Virus record (IMG/VR): IMGVR_UViG_3300022839_000006
Location: 124,001 to 188,000 of that record
Direction: 5' to 3' (one strand)
Length of the DNA stretch: 64,000 bases
Shown: positions 30,300-39,489 of the stretch, one piece after another
Numbering within the stretch: the first letter of the stretch is position 1
How the letters are laid out: each line of letters starts with the position of its first letter
Program-made: the position numbers and the translations under genes
Notes under the pieces: generated by a model
What the model was told of the DNA's origin: nothing
Database searches by the model: none
The model's input: the letters and a program-made list of their open reading frames with translations, nothing else

Positions 30300-30740
30300 C
30301 TATTGTTGTTCCCAGGGAAATGTGACCCAGGGCGCATCGGCTGGGATCAACATGGCTGTCACATCACTGTTGAATATGCTATCTACTTTTGTAACAAGTG
30401 ATGCGTATACGACGTTGTCTGTGCCGCCATACACATTGTTTATTGAGTTAAAAGTATGACCAGTATCATTGATGTCGTCAACAAATACAACTCTTTTACC
30501 TGATTTTATACCTTCTTTGAGTTCAGAGTTGTGCTCACACTTCTGAACATCGCGTGTTTGCCACACAATAGTTTGGAGCGGCAACTCAAGATGGTGTGAT
30601 AGGTAAAGAGCAGGAAGAAGCCCCCCTCTTGTAATTCCTACAATAATGTCAGGACTATGTGTTTCGACGTGCGTCCTGAGGTGTTTACACATGAGATCAA
30701 TATCATTGTAGCTGATATGCATTTTAGCGACTGTGCTCAT
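30300..30740 (-). CDS. Type I purine phosphoribosyltransferase (Gpt-like)
   Basis: GITRGGL, PRPP-binding VFVDDINDTGHT, W..FPWE. Confidence 0.9.
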   Translation of the reverse strand: MSTVAKMHISYNDIDLMCKHLRTHVETHSPDIIVGITRGGLLPALYLSHHLELPLQTIVWQTRDVQKCEHNSELKEGIKSGKRVVFVDDINDTGHTFNSINNVYGGTDNVVYASLVTKVDSIFNSDVTAMLIPADAPWVTFPWEQQ

Positions 30741-30897
30741 TTACGTGCTCCTATTGTAGGCGGAATGAACGACAGATCTGCTTCATTCAATCAGATCTGT
30801 CGTTTGTATGTTAGGTTACGATTTGGTTTTCAAATCGATACACGTGAACTCTTGCAGCTACGTTGGGTGTGGGCACAAGAGGCTCACCACCTTGATG

Positions 30898-31782
30898 TTA
30901 CGCTAAACTGGCATAGAGGTGAATCTGAAGATTGAGAACGTAACCGTGTTCGATGCAGTATTGTGCTGCATATTCATGATTACGTTGATTTGCATCCATA
31001 TCCAACAATCCAGGTTCCCAGAAGCTAATTACCTCATCGACTGTAGATCTTTCTCCGATCTCAATTCTATTTGCTCCACTGTTCCGCAACTCCTTACTCT
31101 TTATTGGCTCGTCGTTGTATACGTTCATTGGACTGATGTAGATTGGCTTGTTTGTCTTTTCGTGCCATTCTTGTGCCCACTCTGGAATTGAGCTGTATGG
31201 GCTGTCCGGATCCGCTTCCATCACGAACTTCAAACAATCCGCATCGATCATGTTGTCTTTGTGTGGTTTGATGTACTTGCCCATCATTCCACCCTTCTCG
31301 ATGCACTTTGGACTCATAACCAAAACCGTTGTTTTCGGAATACTCGATTGATGAACGATCCCATTGGATTCGATTTGAGTATTCTTAAATACCTTATTCA
31401 TCCGTTCCAACAGCGGTCCAATATTCTTCTGTAAGAGGGGTTCACCACCCGTCATTACAAGAACCACTTGCTTTTTAATTCCCGTCAACGGATCATGCAA
31501 AGTCCAATCAGGACGATTCATCCCCTTGTCTGAATAGAATTTGTCTATTGCTGTTTCGATGTTCGCATCGACCTCGTCGAACGTCATCCAATCGCCATCA
31601 TCAAAGAATGTGTCACAAAAACTACAAGCCAGATTACATTTTGCTAATCTAATAAAGAAAGCTGGTTCGCCCCGGAATGGCCCTTCCCCTTGTAAGGTCA
31701 TGAACATCGAAGTGACGAACAACTTGTCTTCTTCTGCGTCCTTAAAATATTTTTGTCCTACTATTTCGTTTTTTCCAAACAT
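30898..31782 (-). CDS. queE: 7-carboxy-7-deazaguanine synthase (radical SAM)
   Basis: TLQGEG...FIRL..CNLACSFCDT, TGGEPLLQ, IESNG, SPK, LQ.H. Confidence 0.93.
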   Translation of the reverse strand: MFGKNEIVGQKYFKDAEEDKLFVTSMFMTLQGEGPFRGEPAFFIRLAKCNLACSFCDTFFDDGDWMTFDEVDANIETAIDKFYSDKGMNRPDWTLHDPLTGIKKQVVLVMTGGEPLLQKNIGPLLERMNKVFKNTQIESNGIVHQSSIPKTTVLVMSPKCIEKGGMMGKYIKPHKDNMIDADCLKFVMEADPDSPYSSIPEWAQEWHEKTNKPIYISPMNVYNDEPIKSKELRNSGANRIEIGERSTVDEVISFWEPGLLDMDANQRNHEYAAQYCIEHGYVLNLQIHLYASLA

Positions 31783-31846
31783 TACATGTCCTTATTTCTT
31801 GAGTGTTGAAATTTCATTGATCAGTTGAAACTGTGTGTCGTTCACT

Positions 31847-32491
31847 TTACGGTGTGCCACAAGAGCATTCATGATCTCCTTGCTCGATTTTTGTTAGATG
31901 TGACCAGGATCCAAGACGCTCAATCGCATCGATTGGCGCTTCCCAATCCCATCGTGATTTGATAGGAAGAGTTTCGTGACCGCCATCAATCTTACTATTT
32001 GCATCAGCAAAGGCTGTTTGTTTATCTACTTCGCACATTGCATCGTTGCGGTTGTGCTCATATACACGTACACGTTCTACATAACAGCGTCCGTCCGTTA
32101 CCTTATACACGTAATGGTTGACGTGCTCCCAGATAAACAGCGAGCTCATTTCCATAGATACACCACTTGGCAATACACGCAACGTGCCAAGTATGCCACC
32201 AGGCGCTGTCAGTTCGGACGTGATTTGTCCAAGTCTCGGATCGTCAGCAGGAAGTACTGTGACGTGATCGAAGTAATATTCGAGGAAGTGTTTCACAGGA
32301 CCGAGTTCACCAAACGGAACAATCCATCCATGTGGATCAATCTCTCCTGCAAATGTAAACTCAACTTCACGATCGTATCCGTGAACGCTTGCACAATCAC
32401 CTGGCGTGCCGTCAGGATTCTTGTCAAAATGTTGTGCATGGCCACACGGAAGGTACTTGAACACCTTCGTTGCCTTAATTTGTATTGCCAT
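31847..32491 (-). CDS. queD: 6-carboxytetrahydropterin synthase
   Basis: CGHAQ...CASVHGY, FDH, S.E, V.E...N motifs of the QueD/PTPS family; adjacent to queE. Confidence 0.85.
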   Translation of the reverse strand: MAIQIKATKVFKYLPCGHAQHFDKNPDGTPGDCASVHGYDREVEFTFAGEIDPHGWIVPFGELGPVKHFLEYYFDHVTVLPADDPRLGQITSELTAPGGILGTLRVLPSGVSMEMSSLFIWEHVNHYVYKVTDGRCYVERVRVYEHNRNDAMCEVDKQTAFADANSKIDGGHETLPIKSRWDWEAPIDAIERLGSWSHLTKIEQGDHECSCGTP

Positions 32492-32551
32492 TGTAAATAC
32501 TCCTTTGATTATCGGTCGGAGTGTTTAGAGAGGGTCGATCCGTAGTCCTCT
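32492..32551 (-). promoter_or_regulatory. Candidate preQ1-I-like pseudoknot riboswitch in the queD leader
   Basis: AGAGG-ACUACGGAUCGAC-CCUCU-CUAAACAC-UCCG: 5-bp P1, loop CGGA pairs with 3' UCCG; the same 3' strand can instead pair with the SD. Confidence 0.55.
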
Positions 32552-32559
32552 TGCTTAAT

Positions 32560-33021
32560 CTATTGTACGGCATTTCCATAGTTGACGTCAACAAAATTGT
32601 CGCTTATAGACGTGCCGTAATATCTGTACCAACTAGGTTTAGATCGGATTCGCTCGACGACTCTTGCTACATTCACAGCGAGATCTACACTGTTGGGGAC
32701 CCAATCTTGCCACAGACCCTCAGCTCGTTGAAACACTGTCCAATCTATCACCCTTTCTTCTGGTTTCATGTTATAACCACGCATACGCAACTCAGCGATT
32801 AGGCTATGGTACCTGTTTAAGAGATACAGGCCCTTGTCGTAGTGAAAGGTTACGTGTCCCTTATTTAGCGTATAATTCTTAGGGATCCGTCCTTTGACTA
32901 GTCCACTTTTTGAGTCTAATGTGCGTCTCAGAGATGCGTTGACCATAGGCAATTCCCTATATTCAGCCATTGCATGTTGATCTGTGAGTTTCGATGGAGG
33001 AATCACGTTAATTCTAGTCAT
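32560..33021 (-). CDS. denV: Pyrimidine-dimer glycosylase, endonuclease V
   Basis: MTRIN...L.DQH.MAEYRELP and L..GHV.F.YDK. Confidence 0.95.
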   Translation of the reverse strand: MTRINVIPPSKLTDQHAMAEYRELPMVNASLRRTLDSKSGLVKGRIPKNYTLNKGHVTFHYDKGLYLLNRYHSLIAELRMRGYNMKPEERVIDWTVFQRAEGLWQDWVPNSVDLAVNVARVVERIRSKPSWYRYYGTSISDNFVDVNYGNAVQ

Positions 33022-33022
33022 A

Positions 33023-33208
33023 TTAGCAATTCCAAAGGTAAGTAGTGTCTGTCTCTGGATTGTCTAGGATGTCTTCTGACATTCCAACGATCATTTCCGC
33101 TTCTTCTTCTACGTCGCCTTCAAGCTGTACAGTGTTGATGTAATGCTCCATCGCTTTTTTGATAATTTCAAGTTGGTCAGAGTTCATCTCAATGCTAATT
33201 TTACTCAT
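33023..33208 (-). CDS. Small acidic hypothetical protein
   Basis: GAGGA SD then MSKISIEMN. Confidence 0.55.
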   Translation of the reverse strand: MSKISIEMNSDQLEIIKKAMEHYINTVQLEGDVEEEAEMIVGMSEDILDNPETDTTYLWNC

Positions 33209-33263
33209 TGCGTGTTCCTCAATGTTACTTATACAAATAACGTACACTTCATATGAGGCAGCG

Positions 33264-34976
33264 TCAAGCGAAAAAGTCTTCCAACGTGTCAACCTTTGTG
33301 GCAGACCACCCCAATGAGTCGAGAATGTTTTGAATTGGATCTAGGAACACTTTTGAGAACTGCTTCTCTCTGTCAACGTAATTGTCTATTTCCATTTCAG
33401 CAGGAGGACTCTCAATGAACGATATTATATTTTCGCGAAGAGGATTCGGCAGCTTCAAGTACACGAACTTGATTTTGTCTCCTGACTGTATAAGAGGATA
33501 ACGATTGACGAGGTCATTGTCTACAGTCCACTTGTTTGATAGAAGACAACCACGGATGTGAATTGGACAGGCCTTTTTGTATATCGTCCTTGGATCAGCA
33601 TAGCCATCCACGTCGTTGGTCCCAGAGACCTTAGCTATGTGTTGAACAGACAAACCAAAAAACTCCTCCTTGAAGTCTCTTATAAATTCCTGTGTCTCAG
33701 ACTCGCCTTGCGTAACAATGATCTTAAACGCTTCAAAAAACTTCTTTCTACATATTTCTGGTGTAGAGCTTCTTGCCGCATCAATTCCCGTGACAGACAC
33801 CTTTGGCTCATCATAGTGAACACCCTCACTATTAAGAACATTTAATATGTATCGCTTCTTTGCAACAAAGATGGCCTTGTCTGCAATCTTTTCACGTTTC
33901 ATTTTCATTGCATTACGATATGCACCCATTCTTTCAGCTAAATCATCATACGCATCGTCAAGCAACGGCTCAATCTTTTCTTTGCACACTTTGTCAATAA
34001 AAGACTCGCCTTGCTCGCGCGTAACATTGACGGTTCCAAACACCTTTTCGACGAGTGGACCAAGATTGACATACACACTGTCTGTGTCGCAATACACACA
34101 ATAATCAACATCTGTCGTTTTGAGCACTTTGTTTACGTACATGTTAATTGCCTGTGCGGCCCACTTGGTGGAAAGCTGTCCTGACGTTGTAATGCCCTCA
34201 GCCATGTCACTAATGTAGTAGATAAAAAATGCGTTGGCTGTACTTCCATAAAGTCCGTTCATTAGAATCTTGATGGACATTTGGCTGTTGTGTAGCTGGG
34301 TTATCAGCTTTTTCAACCGTACAATTTCATCCTTCGTTGTTGCTATCTCAAGCTCAGACTCTGCCATGAGCATCTTTACTTTGATCTCTGCACGTTCGTC
34401 GTAGTATCCTTGAATGATCTGAGGAATGATCCCCTCACGTTCTTTAGAGAAGCAAGCTCCATTTGCTGCTACTGCATACTTGGTCGTGTTTTTGTAGTTG
34501 CCGTCTAGTACAATCTGTTGTGACACGTCCTCTTTTACGTTGTGTTGATATGTTTCTGGTGACATGTTGTATTGCATCATTAAGTGCGGATAAAGGCTGT
34601 TAAGGTCAAAGGACACAACCCAATCTTTCATTCCCTTTTGTGGGTCCTTTACATATCCACCAACGATGCCCCTTGCACTTTCCTCTGATGCAGATTTGAT
34701 GAATGGTACGCGTCCTTGATCCATTAGGGCTCTGAATATAGTGGTATCCCACAGTCCCACAGTTCCAAACGCCTCGTTAAAATTGACACCACTCTTGTAT
34801 GCAACAGTAAACGACAGTGCAAGAAGAGCTACTTGCTCTTCAAACATCTCAACAAGCCTCGTGTCATACAAGTTGTAATCCAATCCAAGCTGATAATATT
34901 CACGATCGGCAAGGTCGGAATACTTGCGATGCATTTCAAGCAACTGCTTGTCCGTTAGGTCCTTCATATCTTCCAT
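33264..34976 (-). CDS. gp43: Family B DNA polymerase gp43, C-terminal subunit (ExoIII + polymerase)
   Basis: YNLYD (ExoIII), DLNSLYP, K..MNGLYG, YCDTDS, KKRY, clamp-binding tail LEDFF; own GGAGA SD. Confidence 0.93.
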   Translation of the reverse strand: MEDMKDLTDKQLLEMHRKYSDLADREYYQLGLDYNLYDTRLVEMFEEQVALLALSFTVAYKSGVNFNEAFGTVGLWDTTIFRALMDQGRVPFIKSASEESARGIVGGYVKDPQKGMKDWVVSFDLNSLYPHLMMQYNMSPETYQHNVKEDVSQQIVLDGNYKNTTKYAVAANGACFSKEREGIIPQIIQGYYDERAEIKVKMLMAESELEIATTKDEIVRLKKLITQLHNSQMSIKILMNGLYGSTANAFFIYYISDMAEGITTSGQLSTKWAAQAINMYVNKVLKTTDVDYCVYCDTDSVYVNLGPLVEKVFGTVNVTREQGESFIDKVCKEKIEPLLDDAYDDLAERMGAYRNAMKMKREKIADKAIFVAKKRYILNVLNSEGVHYDEPKVSVTGIDAARSSTPEICRKKFFEAFKIIVTQGESETQEFIRDFKEEFFGLSVQHIAKVSGTNDVDGYADPRTIYKKACPIHIRGCLLSNKWTVDNDLVNRYPLIQSGDKIKFVYLKLPNPLRENIISFIESPPAEMEIDNYVDREKQFSKVFLDPIQNILDSLGWSATKVDTLEDFFA

Positions 34977-35070
34977 AGAGTCTCCGAGATTGGTTATTTT
35001 TCAAAAAGAGGATTCATAGTACAACGAAACATTAATTCTGATGCTTAACAGAAATAGTAATGGACACAAG

Positions 35071-36117
35071 CTAGACAGAAAGTCCTCTACGCTGGATTTC
35101 TTCCAGCAAAACGTCCCTTCGTTTTACACACATTTCTCCATGTGTCAGTACATCATCGGGAAGGTCGCGCGATATTTTTACGTCCTTGGCTCCATCAGAA
35201 ATGAATCGGTGAGTATCAACTTTGTTTCCGTGCGCCTCATAAGAAAGCTTCTTTGTGCCAAGTACAATCGTAGCGACGTTATCAAGCTTGTATGACTGCA
35301 TCGTGCCGTACTTGTATCCGAACTTCTTAAATGCATTCATGTAATCGACAATGCTGATACCGCTAATTACGTATGTTTTTTGCATCTTATTGAACATCTC
35401 GAACGACCGTTCGCGAACATGTCCCCACGGCGAAAGTCGTTTGACAGCAGCCATTCCAAGTATGTTTTCAATTCTCTTTACAATATACGTGATGTCAAAC
35501 AGCTCGACGTTCCACCCCGTGACAACATCTGGATAGTCACTACACCACAAATCGACAAACCTGTTCAGCATGTCATACTCTGATTGACACTTGTGGTACT
35601 TGATCAATGAGGGATCAATTCCTGTTATAGTCTTTTCTGGATCGTAGTCTTTTGTACCAAACATGTAGTAATTAGACGATTTAGACGATTTAATTGCGAC
35701 AGACGTAATCTCGTTGTCTGCAGTCTCCATGTCAGGCTTCTTCTTGCTGATATCTACCTCGATGTCAAAGGTAAAGATGTTAATCAGCGAAGGATCAAAA
35801 TCAATGGTACCAGGATACATGTCATATGTGAAAGACGCGACGTAATTGGTATTCCCACACATGACCATGTTCTGAACGTCTTTGTACCTCTCCACAAATT
35901 CTGTTGCACGCTTCATGTCATCACACTGGATCGACTTCAATGGCCTGTCACCTATTAACGACACGTGCGATGGCTTTTGGTCCTCATTCTGACGATCCTC
36001 TACGTAGAATGTAGGCTGATACTTGACCTTCTTGTAGAACCGTTTGCCGTTGTCATATCCTGTCCATAGGATATCATTTCCATAACGTTCGATCTTTGTG
36101 TACATCGTGTTGTTCAT
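35071..36117 (-). CDS. gp43: DNA polymerase gp43, N-terminal subunit (NTD + ExoI/II)
   Basis: FDIEV (ExoI), TGWNVELFDITY (ExoII), SYKLD.VA...LG..KL.Y, then a ~50-aa non-polymerase tail. Confidence 0.92.
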   Translation of the reverse strand: MNNTMYTKIERYGNDILWTGYDNGKRFYKKVKYQPTFYVEDRQNEDQKPSHVSLIGDRPLKSIQCDDMKRATEFVERYKDVQNMVMCGNTNYVASFTYDMYPGTIDFDPSLINIFTFDIEVDISKKKPDMETADNEITSVAIKSSKSSNYYMFGTKDYDPEKTITGIDPSLIKYHKCQSEYDMLNRFVDLWCSDYPDVVTGWNVELFDITYIVKRIENILGMAAVKRLSPWGHVRERSFEMFNKMQKTYVISGISIVDYMNAFKKFGYKYGTMQSYKLDNVATIVLGTKKLSYEAHGNKVDTHRFISDGAKDVKISRDLPDDVLTHGEMCVKRRDVLLEEIQRRGLSV

Positions 36118-36175
36118 TGATTGTCCTTATATGATCTGCGTGGATTCTTCATTATGCATCAAAACGTACGAAACA

Positions 36176-37906
36176 TCAATTGTCATCATCTGCTGATTCA
36201 GCCACTTGGGTGAAATTCTTCACCTTCTCGAACTTGAGGTGGCGATCAAATCGCTCAGTGAAAGCATCACCACGGTGGGTAATGACAAAGATGTTGTCGT
36301 TTGCATTTAGCTTTTTGAGGATCTCAAGGAGCGAATCTACTCCTTGTGCATCGCTACCGCTGTCGAGTATCTCGTCCAGAATTAACAGGTTGGTCGAGAC
36401 ACTGTTTCTTAGTTTTGATAACGCTCTCCATGAGAACAGCAGGCTCAGGTTGATTCGCATCTTTTCGCCCTCTGAAAATGAGCCGAACGAAAACGTATCA
36501 CGGAATCTGCTTTTTATCACTTCGTTGAAATTCTCGTCAAGATTAAAGTCTACAAACAACTCGAACCCTGAAAGATATTGATTAATTAGCGTGTTCATTA
36601 TTGGAATGTAGGTCCTGACAATACTCGTCTTGATTCCTCCATCCTTTAACATTGTTGCCACAACACCAAGAGTCTCTCTTTGTTCGTACAAATCTGTCTG
36701 AACGCCTTCTAAGTCTGTCAAACTCGCCGCATATTCAACAATTCTACTTTGATCGATCTCCCGGACGTCCTTTTCAGCAGATTGTAGTTCTTCCTTGATG
36801 TTGTTTAGTTGATTGATGGTCATCTTGACTGACAAACGACATTCACTCGCCTTGGTGTGCAATTTCTGAATGTCGTCTTCTACGACAGATATTTCTTCCA
36901 GTCGTTGTTCCAGTGCAGTTTTTTTGTTTTGAAGTTGGACAATGCCATTTCCAAGCTCGACGCCTCTGCTTGTTTTCTCCTCAACAACAGCCTGTTTGAA
37001 TTCGTGTTCAATTCCCTGCTTGCAGGTAGGACAGTTGTCATGTACAGAGTAAAAGTCAATCTCTTTTTCAAACGTTTTTTGTTTTGTGTCGAGATCGTAA
37101 ATCAATTCTTTGACTTTTTCGTGTGATGTCTTCTGCTTGGATTTATCACGGATCGTCGTTGCTAGTTCTGTAATATTCGTCTCGTATCCTTCTATCTCAA
37201 CTTTGTCACGCTCTACTGTAGTAAGATGCTCCGATATTCTTAGTTTGAGTTTATCAACCTCTGTTAGTTTGAGTTTTCGGATCTCTACATTGTGTTCTTT
37301 AGCGGACGTGATTTTCATCTTCAGCAAATCAACAGAATGGTTGTTGTCCGATATAAGCGTCTTGTTTGAGGATATCCGATCCTTTAGCAACGTGTTCATC
37401 GTACTGAACACTTGAATGTCGAGGAGATCTTCGATTATTTCCCTTCGTTGGCCTGTAGGAAGGTCCATGAACGGGACGTACGTTGCACTTCCCAAGATTA
37501 CAATTTGTGTAAATGACTTGTAGGTCATTTTAAGAATAGACTGTTCCAAATAATCCTGATAGTCTTTTGAGGCTGCATCCTTGTTGAGTATTACACCGTC
37601 CTTGAGGACCTCAAATATGTTTGGTTTGATTCCTCTGCGAATTGTGTAGTCACTCGACCCTATTGAGAATTCAACTTCGACGAGCATGTCCTTTTGGTTG
37701 ACAGAATTGACAAGCTGTGGCTTGTTTATTTTTCTGAAACTACGACCATACAACACAAAAACAATTGCCTCAATCATCGTTGACTTGCCTGCACCATTAC
37801 TGCCTGATAGCAACGTGGTCTTCACGTCCGTGAAGTTAATTTCGACAAATTGATTTCCGACAGAAAGGATGTTTTTATATCTAATGTTCTTAAAGTGAAT
37901 ATGCAT
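36176..37906 (-). CDS. gp46: Recombination endonuclease subunit gp46 (Rad50-like)
   Basis: G.NGAGKST, CPTC hook, FSEGEK, LILDE. Confidence 0.95.
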   Translation of the reverse strand: MHIHFKNIRYKNILSVGNQFVEINFTDVKTTLLSGSNGAGKSTMIEAIVFVLYGRSFRKINKPQLVNSVNQKDMLVEVEFSIGSSDYTIRRGIKPNIFEVLKDGVILNKDAASKDYQDYLEQSILKMTYKSFTQIVILGSATYVPFMDLPTGQRREIIEDLLDIQVFSTMNTLLKDRISSNKTLISDNNHSVDLLKMKITSAKEHNVEIRKLKLTEVDKLKLRISEHLTTVERDKVEIEGYETNITELATTIRDKSKQKTSHEKVKELIYDLDTKQKTFEKEIDFYSVHDNCPTCKQGIEHEFKQAVVEEKTSRGVELGNGIVQLQNKKTALEQRLEEISVVEDDIQKLHTKASECRLSVKMTINQLNNIKEELQSAEKDVREIDQSRIVEYAASLTDLEGVQTDLYEQRETLGVVATMLKDGGIKTSIVRTYIPIMNTLINQYLSGFELFVDFNLDENFNEVIKSRFRDTFSFGSFSEGEKMRINLSLLFSWRALSKLRNSVSTNLLILDEILDSGSDAQGVDSLLEILKKLNANDNIFVITHRGDAFTERFDRHLKFEKVKNFTQVAESADDDN

Positions 37907-38967
37907 TACAGATTCAAAGCCTCCTGATAGAGATCGTCGACCACGGTCTTGATCTTTATTTTGTTAATTTTTGTGTCAACCAGATCTATGTATGTGTGCA
38001 TCACGTCTTTGGTATCTTTTGCTCCATCCATCACAACATCAACGCCAACATCAGAAAGATTTAAGACATCCTCTACAGCTTTAACATCTGCAGCATTGCT
38101 GTCATTGAGACGGTTCATGAACATATCATACAAGTAAGGATTGGTGCGGTTCTTTACCATTACCTTGACATAACAACCATCTAACATTGACAGATCAAGA
38201 GATGTAATCTCATCAATTGTCAAGTCCGAATCATCGTACTCTAGCTTGTGGTGTATTGTCGACTGATTAGCAACAAATGTCAACTCTCTTGTTTCACAAT
38301 CAAGTAAGTAGAATCCGCGCTGTGAGTTGTAATCAGACCAGCTCATTTCGTATTGAGCGCCGAGATAACGTACATTACCGTATTGGGAAGGGTGATGAAA
38401 ATGTCCTGAAAACACAGATTCAAAGTGGCTAAACTTTTTGTGATCGTCACCGTGATCACTGACAAACCCCTTCATCATCTCAAAGCCTTTTAGCTCGAAA
38501 TGTCCCATCAAAATGTGAGCTGTTGATTGTTGAACAGTGCTCATCGAATCAGCATAGTTTTCCTTTACGAGCCACGGACACATCATTATCCGCGTCTGAT
38601 CAAACTGAAGTTCGACAGGATCCTTCTCATAAACATGAATATTTTTGTACTCTTTTAACAGTAAAGACGATGAATTCACATCGTTTGTTGTTGTATATGT
38701 GGTATCGTGGTTACCGAGTATTGTGTGCATGGTAATATTCTGATCGCGTAGCACATCGAAAAAGAATTCTTTGCTACGCTTCAGTGTTCCAAAGCTGATA
38801 TATTTTCTACGGTCAAACACGTCACCAAGATGTAGGACCGTGTCCACTCCGTGTTTAGCCAATGTTGGGAAAAACGTATCTGTGAAGAATTTAGATTGGT
38901 GATCAAGGAAGATCTTCGAATCGTTTCTTACGCCAAAGTGCGTATCGTTAAGTAGCGCTACCTTCAT
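37906..38967 (-). CDS. gp47: Recombination endonuclease subunit gp47 (Mre11-like)
   Basis: DTHFG, LGD.FD, GNHD, SGHFH. Confidence 0.95.
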   Translation of the reverse strand: MKVALLNDTHFGVRNDSKIFLDHQSKFFTDTFFPTLAKHGVDTVLHLGDVFDRRKYISFGTLKRSKEFFFDVLRDQNITMHTILGNHDTTYTTTNDVNSSSLLLKEYKNIHVYEKDPVELQFDQTRIMMCPWLVKENYADSMSTVQQSTAHILMGHFELKGFEMMKGFVSDHGDDHKKFSHFESVFSGHFHHPSQYGNVRYLGAQYEMSWSDYNSQRGFYLLDCETRELTFVANQSTIHHKLEYDDSDLTIDEITSLDLSMLDGCYVKVMVKNRTNPYLYDMFMNRLNDSNAADVKAVEDVLNLSDVGVDVVMDGAKDTKDVMHTYIDLVDTKINKIKIKTVVDDLYQEALNL

Positions 38968-38970
38968 ACA

Positions 38971-39489
38971 TTACTCCTCGCGCTTTTTAGCTTTTGCCTT
39001 GTCTCTTGCAAGTTTGTCTTCAAAGTCGCCAATGAAGGTGTCGATATAGTCTGCATCAAGACTAAGGTTCAATCCTATCTCACTGCCACCGACGTGCGTT
39101 TCGCCCATTGCAAGTAGCGCCTGTGAGGACTTGAGTTTTGTGTAGAGGAACTTCTTCTCTTTTGCAATCCGGCGCAAGAAAGCGAACCAAATGATCTGAG
39201 TGAAATATGCAAACGGATTGCTCGATTTAGCTGCATCGAAATTCTCGATGTACAGCAGCGAGTTTTCTATTCCATCCATAACCATGTCCTCTCTGAAGGA
39301 ATATCCTGAGAAGTTAGGCTTTGATGATAGTCGATTAGAAATGTGGTAAATACACTCTCCAAGATAATTAGGAACAACGGGAAGCTGTTTACTTGCATCT
39401 CTCGCATCTTGACAGTTCTTCTTGTGCAGGATTAGCGCTTCGAGAAAGTCAGGATTGTTCACGTAGTTTCTCTTTTTTCTCTTTTGCAT
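38971..39489 (-). CDS. gp55: Late sigma factor gp55
   Basis: YVNN..F, NF.GY....DM..DG.EN, NPFAYFTQI...AF.RRI.KEK. Confidence 0.95.
   Translation of the reverse strand: MQKRKKRNYVNNPDFLEALILHKKNCQDARDASKQLPVVPNYLGECIYHISNRLSSKPNFSGYSFREDMVMDGIENSLLYIENFDAAKSSNPFAYFTQIIWFAFLRRIAKEKKFLYTKLKSSQALLAMGETHVGGSEIGLNLSLDADYIDTFIGDFEDKLARDKAKAKKREE

Noticed and set aside
32540-32572. THF-II (folE motif) riboswitch upstream of queD (CCGU...GGACUACGG resemblance)
   Set aside because: The inner stem does not pair and the 5' half lies in denV coding sequence; the pseudoknot model fits better.
34977-35070. Group I intron or ribosomal hop joining the gp43 halves
   Set aside because: I could not recognise an intron core, and the downstream ORF has its own SD and ATG. 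Not fully excluded without RT-PCR.
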